From: Piromyces finnis finn
Lineage: Eukaryota; Fungi; Neocallimastigomycota
Direction: 5' to 3'
Assembly (NCBI GenBank): GCA_002104945.1
Contig: MCFH01000035.1
Coordinates: 186,001-250,000, forward strand
DNA length: 64,000 nt
Below, in pieces: positions 43,414 to 52,239 of the stretch. How positions within the stretch are numbered: position 1 is the stretch's first letter; every line of letters starts with the position of its first letter. Under the pieces are notes generated by a model. It saw only the letters and a list, made by a program, of their open reading frames with translations, did not search any database and was not told the origin of the DNA. The translations under genes and the position numbers were made by a program.

Positions 43414-43428
43414 AGTATAGATTTTGAA
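43414..43428 (+). repeat. Left target-site duplication of the LINE (AGTATAGATTTTGAA); right copy at 46122-46136
   Basis: Identical 15-mers flank the element. The right copy directly follows the poly(A) tail and its first A is shared with the tail. Confidence 0.9.
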
Positions 43429-45855
43429 CTCTCTACTCCAAATTATAAAGCTTCAGGTCCGGATGGTATTCCAATTGAATTTTACAAAGCATTAATTCCA
43501 TCAAGTAATGATTCTAATAATGCTACAGGTAATAATTCTTCCGGTAATACCACTTCAGATAATGATGCTCATGGTTTAAATTTTATTCTTAAATTATTCA
43601 ACCGTATTTGGGATGGAGATTTCCCCAGCTCTTGGAATGAATCCAGTATTGTTTCCATTCCTAAGAAGGGAGATTTGACAGATTGTGATAACTATCGAGG
43701 TATATCACTTATCAATAATGGTATTAAGTTGATTTCCAAAATTGTCACCACTAGAATCTCAGAATATGGTTTAAAGAATAATTTCATTAGACCTGAATAA
43801 TTTGGTTTTCGAAAAAAGGAAGAAAGTATCAGTCTTTTCATTTCAATCCAAGAAATATGCCGTAGACGTCAATTAGATAATAAAGAGACATATTTGGCCT
43901 TTTTAGATCTCAGGAAAGCATACGATTCAACCCCAATCGGTAATATTCTCCATAAATTAGATTGTTTAGGAATCCGAGGTAAGAGTTTACAATTTATCAA
44001 AAATTTATATTTAACATCTAAGGCTAATGTCAAATTAGATGGACAATTTTCGAAATCTTTTGATGTGAAGAAATGAGTCCGTCAAGGTTGCCCACTTTTT
44101 CCTATTCTCTTTAATCTCTTTATTAATGATATATTTAAAGAGTGCGAAGATCTAGGAGTCAGTTTAGGTGACACTCGATGCTGTGGTGGACTTTTTGCAG
44201 ATGATATAGTTATTTGTGCTCCAACAAGAGGATGCTTAAAAAAGATGCTTAGAAGAGTTAATGAATGGGCCTTATATAATGAAATGGAATTTGGTATCCA
44301 GATATGTTCAACGATGGTGATTCGTCCTGAATCAATAGAAAATCAGAACAAGAGAGATCCAACATTTTACTTAGCAGGACAACCCATTCCAACTACTGAT
44401 TGCTATACTTATCTTGGTGTTCCATTTGATAAGAATTTGTCCCTTAAACCAGTAATTAAAGCTCTTAATAACAAAGTTTTGAAAGGACTTTTCTCAGTCA
44501 GTAAATTCTTAAGAAACCCTAATATTCCTATTCCTTTCAAAAAACTAGTACTTAACTCACAAGTAATCAGCAGAGTTTCATACTTTGCACCATTACTTGG
44601 ATCCAACAAAGCTAGGTCTAGGATTGCTCAGAAACATGTTAATAAAGGAATACGATGGGTTGCTGGAGTTCGTAAAGCTGTATCGTTTATATCTTTATAC
44701 TCTATATCAAAAGATTTGAATATTCCTCCATTGTCAGCCAAATGTGCGTTAGCTCAGGTTAGATGTTTTAACAAATGGAAAAACTCAAATTGTATTATCT
44801 CACACCTTGTCAATTACATTCCTAAATTTAGAAAATACACGTGGTGCAAATCAAGTAGGACACTTGATAAAAAACTAAAGAAACATGGAGATGTTAAAGC
44901 AGTTAAAAACTTTTATTGGAAAGATCTCAAAGGTAATTCAATCAAAGCGCAATATTATGATGATAATAAATTTATTGAAACTAAAGATTTTATTAAATTA
45001 TGTTATGAATACCTAGAGTTTGCCTATGGCTTCTACTGGCTATTGAAAGCAAGAAGCGGATACAAGTTGGATACTAGAGTTGCCAAAGCTGCTAAATTTA
45101 TTGATCCAGTTTGTCCTAACTACTGTCCATGTTGCAAGTGTGGTGTTCAAAGTATTAAACATTGGTTATTAGATTGTCCAACATTTAGAGATATCCGTAT
45201 TAAACATTATGATTCTATAGTCCAGCTATTAAATTTTTTCAGTCAACGTAATTCCAATAGTCCTATCAATAATAATGAAAATGTTAATATCAGTAGAGAT
45301 AGCAATAACATTAATAGTAATAGTATCAATAGTAATAATAACAATAGTAATAGTAACAATAGTAATAATAACAATAGTAATAATAACAATAGTAATAATA
45401 ACAATAGTAATAATAACAATAGTAGTAATAGAATTAATAATATTAGTAATGATAGCAATAGTGAAGATAATAATTCTAATTTAGATAGTAATTTAGTTAA
45501 TGATAGTAATAGTTTTAATAATCCGGTGAATATTAATGTGTATGATTATTCTAGTGTGTGCAGTAAAATATTTAAATTCCTTTTTGGGGGAAGAAGTTTT
45601 AACAATATCAATTACAATTCAAGGGAATGGAAAGAACTTTGTAAGCGTCAGATTCAATCTGGTACTAATGAAGGAACACCATTCTTGACGGTAACCGCGG
45701 AACTTCTAACCAAAATCATGCCTTTTGCTATTGGCCAGCAATGGTCAATGTTCAAAAGGTTTGAAGCAACATCCAAGAGCGTCAATGCTGAAGAAACAGT
45801 AAGACAGGCCAGGAGGGCCAGCGCAACCAATGGAGATCATAATTTTGTTCCATGA
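43429..45855 (+). pseudogene. Disrupted LINE ORF2 (RT + CCHC), endonuclease domain missing
   Basis: Track ORFs 43396, 43894 and 44245 share one frame, split only by TAA at 43798-43800 (RPE*FGFR, normally Gln) and TGA at 44074-44076 (*VRQGCP, normally Gly). No frameshifts. A 15-bp unit (agtaataataacaat) x6 at 45331-45420 encodes an in-frame SNNNN tract. Confidence 0.88.
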
Positions 45856-46122
45856 CAAAATTTTGATCTTTGGCTCGGTGTCCCATTGGAAGTCAAATAC
45901 AATTATTATACTTTAGTATAATAGTGGCTTTCTTACTTTAATTAAAATTACTAGAATACATTATACCCAATTTTTATTCATTTGTGTTTATTTAAGCATA
46001 TTTTTTTTTTTATTTTTATTTTTATTTTTAATTTTTATATTACATGTATTATAATTTTAATTAAATTAATAATAAAGTTAAAAATATTTGATGCCGTTAA
46101 AAAAAAAAAAAAAAAAAAAAAA
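43429..46122 (+). mobile_element. 5'-truncated non-LTR retrotransposon (LINE) copy with 3' UTR, poly(A) tail and 15-bp TSD
   Basis: RT motifs: KASGPDGIP, WNESSIVSIPKKGD..NYRGISL, FLDLRKAYDS, (G)VRQGCPL, LFADDIV, YTYLGV. C-terminal CPCC..HWLLDC zinc knuckle. AATAAA at 46071 and a 24-nt A tract at 46099-46122. AGTATAGATTTTGAA occurs at both 43414-43428 and 46122-46136. Confidence 0.93.
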
Positions 46123-46198
46123 GTATAGATTTTGAAGATACTAATATTTACATAGAAAGTTAAATAATGTAATTATATTGTTATTATTGTTTATATAT

Positions 46199-46231
<33 letters not shown>

Positions 46232-46364
46232 TTATTTATATATTTTCATAATTATAATATATTAATATTAATATATTATATTAAAAATAGGAGGGAAAGT
46301 AGTTTATCTTATAAATTAAATTTTAATTTTTTTTTCGTGCTTGTATCACAATATTAAAATATAA

Positions 46365-49300
46365 TTAAATATTTAAAGTATAAGTATTGTTTATATTATT
46401 AAAATTTAAATAATACAGTAACGATGGTAAAATTATTTTGTTAATTGTTGTATAATCATCAAAATTGAAAAAATCTTTCAGTTCGTAAAAATAAATATTA
46501 TCTATTACTTTAGATTTTTCAATTATTTCTATAATTCTAGATTTAGTAAAATCTCCAGAAATATTTAAGGAACCTTTATTATCCCACCTTAACCATTTTG
46601 ATATATTATAGGGGTTCATTTCATTGTTATTATTTCTTGCAATCCTATCACAAAAAGTAACATTATTAATAGAATTATGGATTAAATCATTTTGATAATC
46701 AGCATTTAATAAATAAATTCCCATAGTTAATAGAAAGTATAAATCATTTTCATTATCTAATTCATAATATTCACTATTTCTTAATTTAATATTATAAAAT
46801 GTATAATATTGATATATACAATCTTTTGAATATACAGATATTTTACTAGAATTAATATGCATATTCGTGTATTTATAATTTAATTTGGAATCAAATGTTT
46901 TTATTATTAATGTTAGAAATTCAATATATTTATCAAATTGTTCATACTCTAGATTTATTGTAGGTATTATATTGCTTTTTAAATCATTTTTATTTTTGAA
47001 TTGTTTAATTTTATCAAAATTTACAATTTCTAATATTTGTCTTGACATTGAATAATTAATTTGAGATATCAAAATATACCTTATATAGTCACTATTTGGA
47101 TAATTTTTATAAAATTCTAATCTACTGGTTAAATAAAAATTATAAAAGGTTTTACTTCTTTCATCACCATAACTTTTTAAAACTTTTTTAATTCCCCAAT
47201 AATTAAACATTCTTTCATAATTATTAATATTTTCCAAATTCATATCATCTTTTATATTAAATAAAATACAATCCCCTAATATAAAATCTGGCCTAGATAT
47301 TTCATATTCCCAATTTTTGCTTCTTAAGTTAAATTTTTTTAGAGTTTCATTATTATTTAAAAAATATTCCTTTACATCTTTATTTTTAATCTCTTCTATT
47401 TTTTTATTTATAATTTCATAATTATATATCAATGAAACATTCCTTAAAAACATATTATATTCATTTTGAAGATTTTTTTTAATATCAGTATTCATCATAT
47501 AAAGAATTCTTTTATCAACACTTATACAATAAGGTACATCACATGATCTTATATAAAATTTATCCAATATGAATTTATTAAACAGATTTAAAAAATTCTT
47601 ATTTAAAAATTTTTCATTCTTCAATTTTTTAATCCTTTCTTCATAAATCGTTTCTCTATAATCTATATTACTAATTTCACTAATATTATCATTCTCTATA
47701 AAAGTATTATATTTTTCATAATTGTCGCCACTTTCATCATCACTTTCATCATCACTTTCATCATCACTTTCATTATCACTTTCATTATCACTTTCATTAT
47801 TACTTTCATTATTACTTTCATTATTACTTTCATCATCAATTTCAGCATCATTTTCATCATCACTTTCAATATTAAATTTCAGATAATAATCATAATCTAA
47901 AAAAATGTATAATGTTTTTATTGTTTTATTTGACTGTATATAATTTATTTCACTTAATAAATGTATAATAATATTTATATAATCATTATTGAAAATATTA
48001 CTCAATTGATTATAAATATAGCTGAAAAATAAATTTATATTATTATTAAAAAAATGATTTATAAAACTTCGATCTTCGCTACCACTGCTTTTTTTATTTT
48101 TTAAAGACATTTCTTCACTATCCGTAAAGCGTCTCTCCGTTCCTAAAAATTCGTTTTCTTCCTTGGAATTTTTACATAAACTATATAACTTTTTAAACAT
48201 CGAATAATCAAAGTAAAAATAATTTAATTTATTCAAATAGATATCTTTAGAGCTAATTTTATTTAAATTATATGCATCTTCATTAATCATTTTAATATAA
48301 ATATTAAATGATTTACAAATACCAATAATTTCGTCATATAAATTTGAAGCATTTTCATTGTCAATGTATAATACTTTTGTAATAGGCTTTGAATTTACAA
48401 AATTATTTAATATATTGAAATGTTTTTCCATTGAACAGGTTTTATTAAAAAAGGAAAAATATTTTTTTATAAATTCCAAAAAATCTTTTAATTTAATTAA
48501 ATTTTTTCTTTCCCTAAAATTAAATGTAAATAAAACGATTATTTTCAATAAATTATTTATTATAAAATTTTCATTCCTCTTTGCTTTATCTTCCTTATTT
48601 AAATTATCTTCTAAATTTTTACAATCATCGTTATTCAATTTTGATAATCGATTTATTTTTGAAGAGCTAATGTACTTAACAAATTTAATAACTAAATATT
48701 CTATTAACTCATCATTTTTATTATTAATTAAACATATTGATTTATTATTATCTTTTTTATTTTTAAATTTACCTCTTTTTTCATATGTATCAACATCTAT
48801 CATTCTTTTATTATTATTATTATTATTATTATTTTTATTATTTCTAAATCTTTGATACTGTTTTCTGATTTTATTCAATTCAATATGATAATTATCCACC
48901 ATTACATTTTTAAATTTTTCATTTTCAATTTCAGTTTCTTTTATTTCCTTTTTTATATAAATACACGCTTGTTCAATATTATATTTAATAGTATCTATAT
49001 ATTCAATAATATATTGATCAGGATTATTCTTATAATTGTTGTTTATTACTGTAAAGGGTATTTCATATTTATCACTAATATAATATTTATCTTTTTTTCG
49101 AAATGGACATCGAACTTTTTCACTTGAATATTTTTTGTCCATATTAATATAATCCTTTCTCATCCTTTTCCCTGATATTGATTTTAAAATATTCAGTGTA
49201 TAATAATCTAAATTCATTACCGTTTTATAATAATAAATTTCATATAAATTATTAAAATCATATTTTTTATTCAGCAATTTCTTGTCATTAATATTATTTA

Positions 49301-50195
49301 ATATAAAATCAATTTCTTTTAATACGCAATTGGTATAACCTAGTCTATATTCACGTACATTTTTAATTTTATTAACTTTACTAAAAATAAAATCTTTGTC
49401 CTCTTCGATGTTTTCTATAAAATATGCTTCTGATAAAATTGTATCAAATTCTACTTTGTGCTTAGCATAAGTTAATTTAATCTTTGAATTATCTTTTATT
49501 ATTTCTTTATAGAAATCAGTTCTTTTCACGAATTCCCAATAATTTTTTATCCAGTCAATATTATCATTTTTAAAAAATTCTTCTACTGCAAATTGTTCTA
49601 AATATTCGGTTTCATCAAAGTCGTTTTCTTCCTTGAAATCTAAATTTTGGCTAAAACCACACTGGCTACTATTACTATATTCTTTTATTATTAACTCATA
49701 TAAATAATCTTCCAATAAATCATTATCTATTGTATTTTCAAGTAATGAACTTATATTATTTGTATTTATTTTTTTAATAAATCTGTCTTTTATATGTTTT
49801 TGTTGATAATAGAAAATAAAGTCTATGACGATTATTTTTCTTACTTTTATCTTTAGATAATATAAATAAAGCTTTATTAAAAAAAGTAAATTAATATAAC
49901 TATCGAATTCGCCTTTTTTAATTAAATAGTTCGAATAATATCTACTTTTCTTAAAAAAGTCAAATTTTTTTAATATTTTTATATCTGTTATATATATTTC
50001 AAGAACATCGTAAATACTATTTACTCCATAAAACGAATTGCTTTGAATACATTTAAGAATCGAATTTTTATTATAAACAATATAGAGAAAATAAGGTATA
50101 ATGCTATTTGCCTTTTCACATATTTTTATTAATATATCCTTTGGGAATAAATACAAGTTAACCTTTTTTTTAGGAAATACATGTGTAATATCCAT
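46365..50195 (-). CDS. Intronless 1276-aa protein of unknown function; possible N-terminal F-box-like motif; acidic ESDD/ESNN repeat
   Basis: 3.8-kb stop-free ORF, which is unlikely by chance in DNA this AT-rich. N-terminal LYLFPKDILIKICEK resembles the F-box consensus LxxLPxEILxxI. No catalytic motif recognised. Confidence 0.72.
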   Translation of the reverse strand: MDITHVFPKKKVNLYLFPKDILIKICEKANSIIPYFLYIVYNKNSILKCIQSNSFYGVNSIYDVLEIYITDIKILKKFDFFKKSRYYSNYLIKKGEFDSYINLLFLIKLYLYYLKIKVRKIIVIDFIFYYQQKHIKDRFIKKINTNNISSLLENTIDNDLLEDYLYELIIKEYSNSSQCGFSQNLDFKEENDFDETEYLEQFAVEEFFKNDNIDWIKNYWEFVKRTDFYKEIIKDNSKIKLTYAKHKVEFDTILSEAYFIENIEEDKDFIFSKVNKIKNVREYRLGYTNCVLKEIDFILNNINDKKLLNKKYDFNNLYEIYYYKTVMNLDYYTLNILKSISGKRMRKDYINMDKKYSSEKVRCPFRKKDKYYISDKYEIPFTVINNNYKNNPDQYIIEYIDTIKYNIEQACIYIKKEIKETEIENEKFKNVMVDNYHIELNKIRKQYQRFRNNKNNNNNNNNKRMIDVDTYEKRGKFKNKKDNNKSICLINNKNDELIEYLVIKFVKYISSSKINRLSKLNNDDCKNLEDNLNKEDKAKRNENFIINNLLKIIVLFTFNFRERKNLIKLKDFLEFIKKYFSFFNKTCSMEKHFNILNNFVNSKPITKVLYIDNENASNLYDEIIGICKSFNIYIKMINEDAYNLNKISSKDIYLNKLNYFYFDYSMFKKLYSLCKNSKEENEFLGTERRFTDSEEMSLKNKKSSGSEDRSFINHFFNNNINLFFSYIYNQLSNIFNNDYINIIIHLLSEINYIQSNKTIKTLYIFLDYDYYLKFNIESDDENDAEIDDESNNESNNESNNESDNESDNESDDESDDESDDESGDNYEKYNTFIENDNISEISNIDYRETIYEERIKKLKNEKFLNKNFLNLFNKFILDKFYIRSCDVPYCISVDKRILYMMNTDIKKNLQNEYNMFLRNVSLIYNYEIINKKIEEIKNKDVKEYFLNNNETLKKFNLRSKNWEYEISRPDFILGDCILFNIKDDMNLENINNYERMFNYWGIKKVLKSYGDERSKTFYNFYLTSRLEFYKNYPNSDYIRYILISQINYSMSRQILEIVNFDKIKQFKNKNDLKSNIIPTINLEYEQFDKYIEFLTLIIKTFDSKLNYKYTNMHINSSKISVYSKDCIYQYYTFYNIKLRNSEYYELDNENDLYFLLTMGIYLLNADYQNDLIHNSINNVTFCDRIARNNNNEMNPYNISKWLRWDNKGSLNISGDFTKSRIIEIIEKSKVIDNIYFYELKDFFNFDDYTTINKIILPSLLYYLNFNNINNTYTLNI
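47729..47836. repeat. 12-bp coding tandem repeat (cactttcatcat variants) x9
   Basis: Encodes DDESNNESNNESNNESDNESDNESDDESDDESDDES in the 1276-aa ORF. Unit variants are arranged in ordered blocks. Confidence 0.85.
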
Positions 50196-50379
50196 AGTTT
50201 AAGATTTGTTTTATTAGACCAATAGAGTTATCTTTCATATACATATATATACGTATATATATAATATAAAAATATTAATAATAACATTGAATATTTATTT
50301 TTACCTTTAAAATAATAAAAATAGTATGATTATTTTTTTTTAAATTCAATGCCTATTAGATATTATTAAATAAAAAATA

Positions 50380-50414
<35 letters not shown>

Positions 50415-50931
50415 AGTTAAGTCCTATCTTTTTATTGAATCAAGAATAAAAAAAAAAAAAAAAGTATATATAAATATCTATTAAAATGAATATATATTAT
50501 ATTATATTATATATTATATATTGTATATTTTAAATATTATATATTTTTAAAAATAAATTTATTTTTATTTATTATTATATATATTTATAATATATTTATA
50601 ATATAATATATTATGTTAATATATTAATAATATAAATATTAATTCATTTTAATATATTTAATTTTCCATATTAATTTATAATTGAATTATAAAATTAACA
50701 TTTTATGTTAAAATATCATAAATCAAACCGAATCCATTTAAAAATATATAAAATAAAAACAAAAATATTGTTAATTATTTTTCTCAATTTTTTATTTATC
50801 TTTATAATAATTCATCCAACTTTTATTTATATTATATATATAATATAAATAAAAAAAAAAAAAAAATATGAAATATATATTTAATAATACTTTACTATGA
50901 TATTATAGTTTAAGTTATATATATTCTAATT

Positions 50932-51654
50932 TTAAATAGATTCAATTATCTTATATATTGGTGATATAATTTCAATATAGCTCTTTAATTGATCCTTTTC
51001 AGTGGGAAAAGAATTATCTTCTTGAACATTAATAATATCCTTATTTAAATTAATTGATATCATTTCACCAATATATTTCAAATATTTATTTATATAAATG
51101 ATATCGTCATTTGATAATAGCATACTATTTACTACTCTATTTACCTTTTTATAAAATTTCAAAAGGGAAGAATAATCATTGATATTTAAAGTTTTTATAT
51201 TAGTAATATCCATAACTAAACCGTAGTAAAATTTTACCAATATATTTTCTATATTATCTAATAACTTATCTTTTATTTCACGTTTATTATATATCTGATC
51301 AATGTCAATATTGGCAAGTTTATCTTTTCTAACAATTGGTTTTATATTCATAATATATCTCATTAACCAGTATCTGTATTTTTCGTAGATATAACCATTA
51401 ATGTTATCATTGAAATCAATAACTTTATTTAATGATATTTCTATCTCTTGTTTATCACTATTTTCAATGAAAGAGGTACATCCATAAAATGGAATAGAAT
51501 ACTTTGTATCTGGACACTTGGAACTCATTTCACTTGTATTTAAAATTTCTGTATATACTAAAGATTGATAATAATTGTATAAAATCTCCAAATATTTATT
51601 TATTATAGTTTTCACTTTAAGTTCAATTTCAAAAATTATTAAATAACAAAACAT
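50932..51654 (-). CDS. Intronless hypothetical protein (240 aa from the repeat-derived ATG at 51654, or about 198 aa from the ATG at 51528)
   Basis: 723-nt open frame with coding-like composition. The first ~18 codons lie inside unit 1 of the minisatellite. No domain recognised. Confidence 0.55.
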   Translation of the reverse strand: MFCYLIIFEIELKVKTIINKYLEILYNYYQSLVYTEILNTSEMSSKCPDTKYSIPFYGCTSFIENSDKQEIEISLNKVIDFNDNINGYIYEKYRYWLMRYIMNIKPIVRKDKLANIDIDQIYNKREIKDKLLDNIENILVKFYYGLVMDITNIKTLNINDYSSLLKFYKKVNRVVNSMLLSNDDIIYINKYLKYIGEMISINLNKDIINVQEDNSFPTEKDQLKSYIEIISPIYKIIESI

Positions 51655-52057
51655 AAAGGCAAATTTATAGTTTACACTTTAAGTTCAAGTTCAAACATTA
51701 TTAAATCACAAAAACAAAAAAGAAAATTTATAGTTTTCACTTTAAGTTCAATTTAAAACATTATTAAATACCAAAACATAAAGGCAAATTTATAGTTTTC
51801 ACTTTAAGTTCAAGTTCAAACATTATTAAATCAAAAAAAACAAAAAAGAAAATTTATAGTTTACACTTTAAGTTCAATTTCAAAAATTATTAAATAACAA
51901 AACATAAAGGCAAATTTATAGTTTTCACTTTAAGTTCAATTTCAATCATTATTAAATCACAAAAACAAAAAAGAAAATTTATAGTTTACACTTTAAGTTC
52001 AATTTCAAAAATTATTAAATAACAAAACATAAAGGCAAATTTATAGTTTTCACTTTA
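51602..52057. repeat. Minisatellite, 7.3 units of 62-64 bp, alternating A/B units (~125-bp higher-order dimer)
   Basis: Units start at 51602, 51664, 51727, 51789, 51853, 51915, 51978 and 52040 (partial). Shared core tttatagttt(t/a)cactttaagttcaa. A units end cataaaggcaaa (62 bp); B units end caaaaaagaaaa (63-64 bp). Confidence 0.95.
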
Positions 52058-52239
52058 TCAAAGGAAAAATGAATGAAGTTTTTAATGGAAATATTTTTAA
52101 TATATATATACAAAAAGTAATAAAGAATAGTTGATAATAACCAATAACAAAAACAATAATATAAAGTATAGGAAATAGTTTTTTATATATCTTTATGCTA
52201 ATATATATATAATAAAATTGGATTTAAAGAAGAAAAAAA

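Noticed and set aside
43798-44076. Stop-codon reassignment or programmed readthrough in the LINE ORF
   Set aside because: The two stops differ (TAA, TGA) and replace different conserved residues (Gln, Gly) by single substitutions. Host genes here use TAA as a normal stop.
45243-45484. Poly-Leu and Ile/Val-rich ORFs resembling membrane peptides
   Set aside because: These are alternative-frame readings of the AAT/AGT repeat inside LINE ORF2.
43429-45855. RIP-like hypermutation of the LINE
   Set aside because: Only one clear CpA-to-TpA change was seen; the other stop is a G-to-T transversion, and many CpA sites remain. A consensus alignment would be needed.
48358-49127. Plus-strand 165-aa and 91-aa ORFs
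   Set aside because: Antisense shadows of the 1276-aa ORF (Phe/Leu/Ile-rich because the sense strand is Lys/Asn-rich).
51602-52057. CRISPR-like array
   Set aside because: The sequence between the conserved cores is itself repeated (alternating A/B), not unique spacers. No cas genes, and the context is eukaryotic.
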